Assembly (NCBI RefSeq): GCF_006345805.1
Contig: NW_021834407.1
Span: 1-49,574, forward strand
Direction: 5' to 3'
Source: Octopus sinensis
Lineage: Eukaryota
DNA length: 49,574 nt
The notes under the pieces were generated by a model that was given only the letters and a program-made list of their open reading frames with translations, was not told where the DNA came from and did not search any database. Positions 46,125 to 49,574 of the stretch are shown one piece after another (positions within the stretch are counted from its first letter, which is position 1; every line of letters starts with the position of its first letter). The position numbers and the translations under genes were made by a program.

Positions 46125-46477
46125 TATGTGTGTGTGTGTGTCTGTGTTTCTCCCCCTAACATCGCTTGACAACCGATGCTGGTGTGTTTACGTCCTCGTA
46201 ACTTAGCGGTTCGGCAAAAGAATCCGATAGAATAAGTACTAGGCTTACAAAGATTAAGTCCTGGGGTCGATTTGCTCGACTAAAGGCGGTGCTCCAGCAT
46301 GGCCACAGTCAAATGACTGAAACAAGCAAAAGATTAAGAAGAAAATATTTTTTGCCTCATGCTATTCGTCATCAGTCCTCCGACTCTAGTTCCTCATCTT
46401 TTACACACACACACACACTCAAGTAATTAGGGTTCTTTCATTATATATTGCTAGGTTTCATTAAACACCAATCGTAT
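45761..46477. repeat. direct repeats 45761-45923 and 46345-46477 bracketing a SINE
   Basis: ATTCGTCATCA.TCCTC.GACT...(CA)n..AAGTAATTAG...AAACACCAATCGTAT occurs twice. Confidence 0.85.
45925..46341 (+). mobile_element. SINE class B, full length
   Basis: B consensus. Confidence 0.9.
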
Positions 46478-46942
46478 GAAATTTCAATAACACCCCCACC
46501 CAGTATATGTGAAGCACTTTCATTACATTTTATATGAAATATCGATGTACAAAATAGGACAAGGTCATTTAGTGTATACTTCAAGCTGTGAGTGTGTGTG
46601 TATGTGTGTGTGATCGTGTGTGTGCGTATGTGTTGTGTAGGATGTGTGTATGGCTATATGATTAAGATTTCAACTGAAGAATCGCGTGGTTCAGGGATCG
46701 ATTCCCCTACAGGGCCCTTTGGGCAACAGTCCTCTGATATAATCTCATGAGTCAAACTTGTTTAAAGGTCTTCCTAACATGTCCTTTCCTAGTTCAGGGA
46801 TTACATTGTACATTTGTGCCCTTCTGGTTTTTCAAAATGTGAGGGTTTTATTTCAAGAATATTTTGCTATACAACAACGAACCACAACGAAATAATAAAC
46901 AAATATATTTTATTAACAAATGCAACTAAATGCAAACCCAAT

Positions 46943-47061
46943 GTGGGCGATATCGCCCACCGGTGGGTGATTTCATTTTACAGGTGGGCAATGGGCAAAT
47001 TTATAGAAAATGGTGGGTGATTTGAGATTTTAGTAGGCGATATGAACATTTTGTGGGTGAC
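46943..47061. repeat. cluster of GTGGGYRAT motifs with a perfect 18-bp palindrome
   Basis: GTGGGCGATATCGCCCAC at 46943-46960; further motif copies near 46963, 46984, 47013, 47034 and 47053. Confidence 0.7.
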
Positions 47062-48233
47062 AATGAATGTTTAGAAATCAAGCCTGCGTTTACTGATATC
47101 TAGGCATACCTAGAATAAGGATGCACTTTTATCGATTTGACTACTCGCATGAATTATTATTATATGTATTAAAAAGTGGACTTGTTTATCGATCGAATAT
47201 TTTTGTAGCAGTCATTGAGATGGTTGTCATGCATGCTAAAAATAGCAGCCAAATAAGCTTAGGCCTTAAATCACACTCCACTATATTTTTTTTTTGTTTT
47301 TGCATAATCGTATGAAGTCCCGCGAGTAGAATTCAAATTCGCAAAAATTTCCTGAAAACCCCGAAAAAAAGAAAAATAATGAGGGGTTATATGTCGTGCA
47401 TAATTCTGTGGTTTTGTATCAAAACACAAGTGCTAGGATGTTGACAAAATGTGCAGTCACGCACAAAATGACAGCTTTGAAATCGTATGTCTTGACTGGG
47501 TGAAAATGATCAAACTTTAAATCTCTATAACTTTTTTAAAAGCATTTTTCTGGAAAAAGTTGAATAAGTCCAGCAATTTAGCTTGGAAAGGTACATTCAT
47601 GTGCCAAATTAAAAAAATTTTCGATAAACTATAATTTTTGAAATGCTGGCAGCCAAACGAACTAGATCCGTATTTGCTCCAGTAAAGACATGTCATCTGA
47701 CTCTGCTCTATTGACTTCTTCTCTTTAGGAATACCATACTGCCTTTCTGACGCCATCTGTAGAAATCCGTTTTCACATTTGTCGACAGTACAGTAGTGAT
47801 TATTTCTCGTTTGGATTTATTCCCTCTCCTCAGATTTATCAGTTACCAACGTATCTTCTTTGCCATCAATCATTGACCAACGAAGCAATGAAACCTTCAC
47901 ACTTAAGATGGCTCATCTGGAAAAGCAGCGTAGACCCCGCTACATGTCTAAATTCAAGAACTGAACTTTTAGGGTCTTTTCCACATGTGACTAAATATTT
48001 ATTACGTTTTTGGTCCCCTCAAGATCACAGATAGAACTTGCTTTTTACATTTTATCTCTCTATACTTTTTATATATATTCCTTATATATATTTTTTTACA
48101 TATTTTTTTACATATTTATAGAGATATATTTTTATATTTTTATTGCTTTATATATTTTTACTCATTTTTTCCTTTATTTTACCTTCTACCTTGTATTTTT
48201 CTTGTGCATGTGCGTATATGAATTTTGTGGGCG

Positions 48234-48293
<60 letters not shown>

Positions 48294-48538
48294 GTAAGAG
48301 TTAAGTACGATCCAGGGACTTAAGTGTATGTAGAAAGTTAGTAAGCCTCTGCAGCTAGTACAGCTGACAAAGGTGGACAATGTACGATAAAACGTTAGTT
48401 ACGTACTTAACATCCATCATAAGTTACGCACTTCGTTCCATATTGAAATTTTTTAAAAATTTCGATAAACTGTCAGTCACCACACAATACATGGTTTTGT
48501 AACTAGAGCTGCTAAATATGTGAATAATGATTGATCAA

Positions 48539-48704
48539 ACGATTTTTGACGGTCTTAACGCTATAAAATCATGGTCGTCTGTCTTGTTAGAATACGATTT
48601 TTAAACGGTCTTGACGCTATAAAATCATGGTCGTCTGTCTTGTTAGAAAATGATTTTTGACGCTCTTAACGTTATCAAATCATGGTCGTCTGTCTTGTTA
48701 GAAA
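48539..48704. repeat. 55-56-bp minisatellite x3
   Basis: GATTTTTGACGGTCTTAACGCTATAAAATCATGGTCGTCTGTCTTGTTAGAA units at 48541, 48596 and 48652. Confidence 0.9.
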
Positions 48705-49124
48705 TAGAAGAAAATTTCCCTCAAATAACGAACGCTGTACTGTTTGTAGAAATTGGAGGACATTTTGAAGAAATACTCCTAGATATATTACGTCAGCACA
48801 ATGTATTTGTCTGCTGGAAAAAGAAAGAGAACAAATGATGAAATTGGATGATTCTGATCTAGAATGGTTTTGACCATTGGTCTACTTGGAACTAAAGTCA
48901 GCCTGAACAACAATAACCAGTAACGGCAACAACAACAACAACAACAAAAACAATAGCAACCTCAAGAACTTCACACTAAATTCTTGACACCAGCAGTCTA
49001 TTTTTACCGAAGAAGCAGATTTAAAATTAGAAAATATATATTCTGTGTAGTGGCACCAATGTGCAAGAGAATTGCCAGAATATTTATCCAGAGAGCGTCA
49101 ATATAAATCGTCTGTAAAACAATT

Positions 49125-49131
49125 AAGGTGT

Positions 49132-49202
<71 letters not shown>

Positions 49203-49574
49203 TATTCAGAAATAACATCTAGAAAATTATTTTACCTTTACCTCTAAGCTACTGTCTTTTACATATTTTGAAGTTCTTAAGAGATTGTAAAGTTTTTTTT
49301 CTACTTTTTTATTTATTTATTTATTTATTTATTTATTTGTTTTACTTTGCTCCGGGGGGGGGGGAAGAGTGGGAGGCCACGCCCTTTTTGTAAGATTATA
49401 CTCGGCTTCGTTTGCTTGAATATCACATGCACTTTTTCTTTGCATCGGAAATCGCATTCTCTCTTTCTGCCTCTCTCTCTGTCTTTGTCTCTCTCTGTCC
49501 CTCTTCCTCTCTCTCTTTCTTTCTCTTTCTCTTTCCTTCTCTCTTTCTCTCTCTCTCCTTCCTCTCGCTCTTTC
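49125..49574. repeat. (TG)n(GA)n, (TTTA)n and (CT)n tracts
   Basis: Directly visible. Confidence 0.85.

Noticed and set aside
47330-47960. Possible piggyBac/Kolobok-like non-autonomous element or coding exon
   Set aside because: No matching termini; the open frame at 47729 has no recognisable protein features.

Overview
Eukaryotic, repeat-saturated genomic DNA with no recognisable host protein-coding gene. Almost all ORF-track entries are translations of microsatellites or SINEs. The dense tRNA-derived SINEs and the very long (TA/CA/TATG/GATA/GGT/TAA)n tracts suggest an octopus-type coleoid cephalopod genome (inference, not verified). Contents: four working SINE classes named here A, B, C and F; three 5'-truncated copies of an L1/Tx1-clade retrotransposon, all starting in (TATC)n; an R4/Dong-like endonuclease remnant; four Penelope-like terminal fragments carrying hammerhead-ribozyme-shaped motifs; three non-autonomous Helitrons; a maT/DD37D-like transposase remnant; several MITE/foldback elements; a 1.62-kb tandem duplication; and minisatellites. 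The main cross-cutting pattern is that different retroelements each sit in their own microsatellite motif. Many 1-bp indels between near-identical copies suggest imperfect long-read polishing, so some frameshifts and the 1.62-kb duplication may be artefacts. Coordinates were counted by eye and ends may be off by a few bases.
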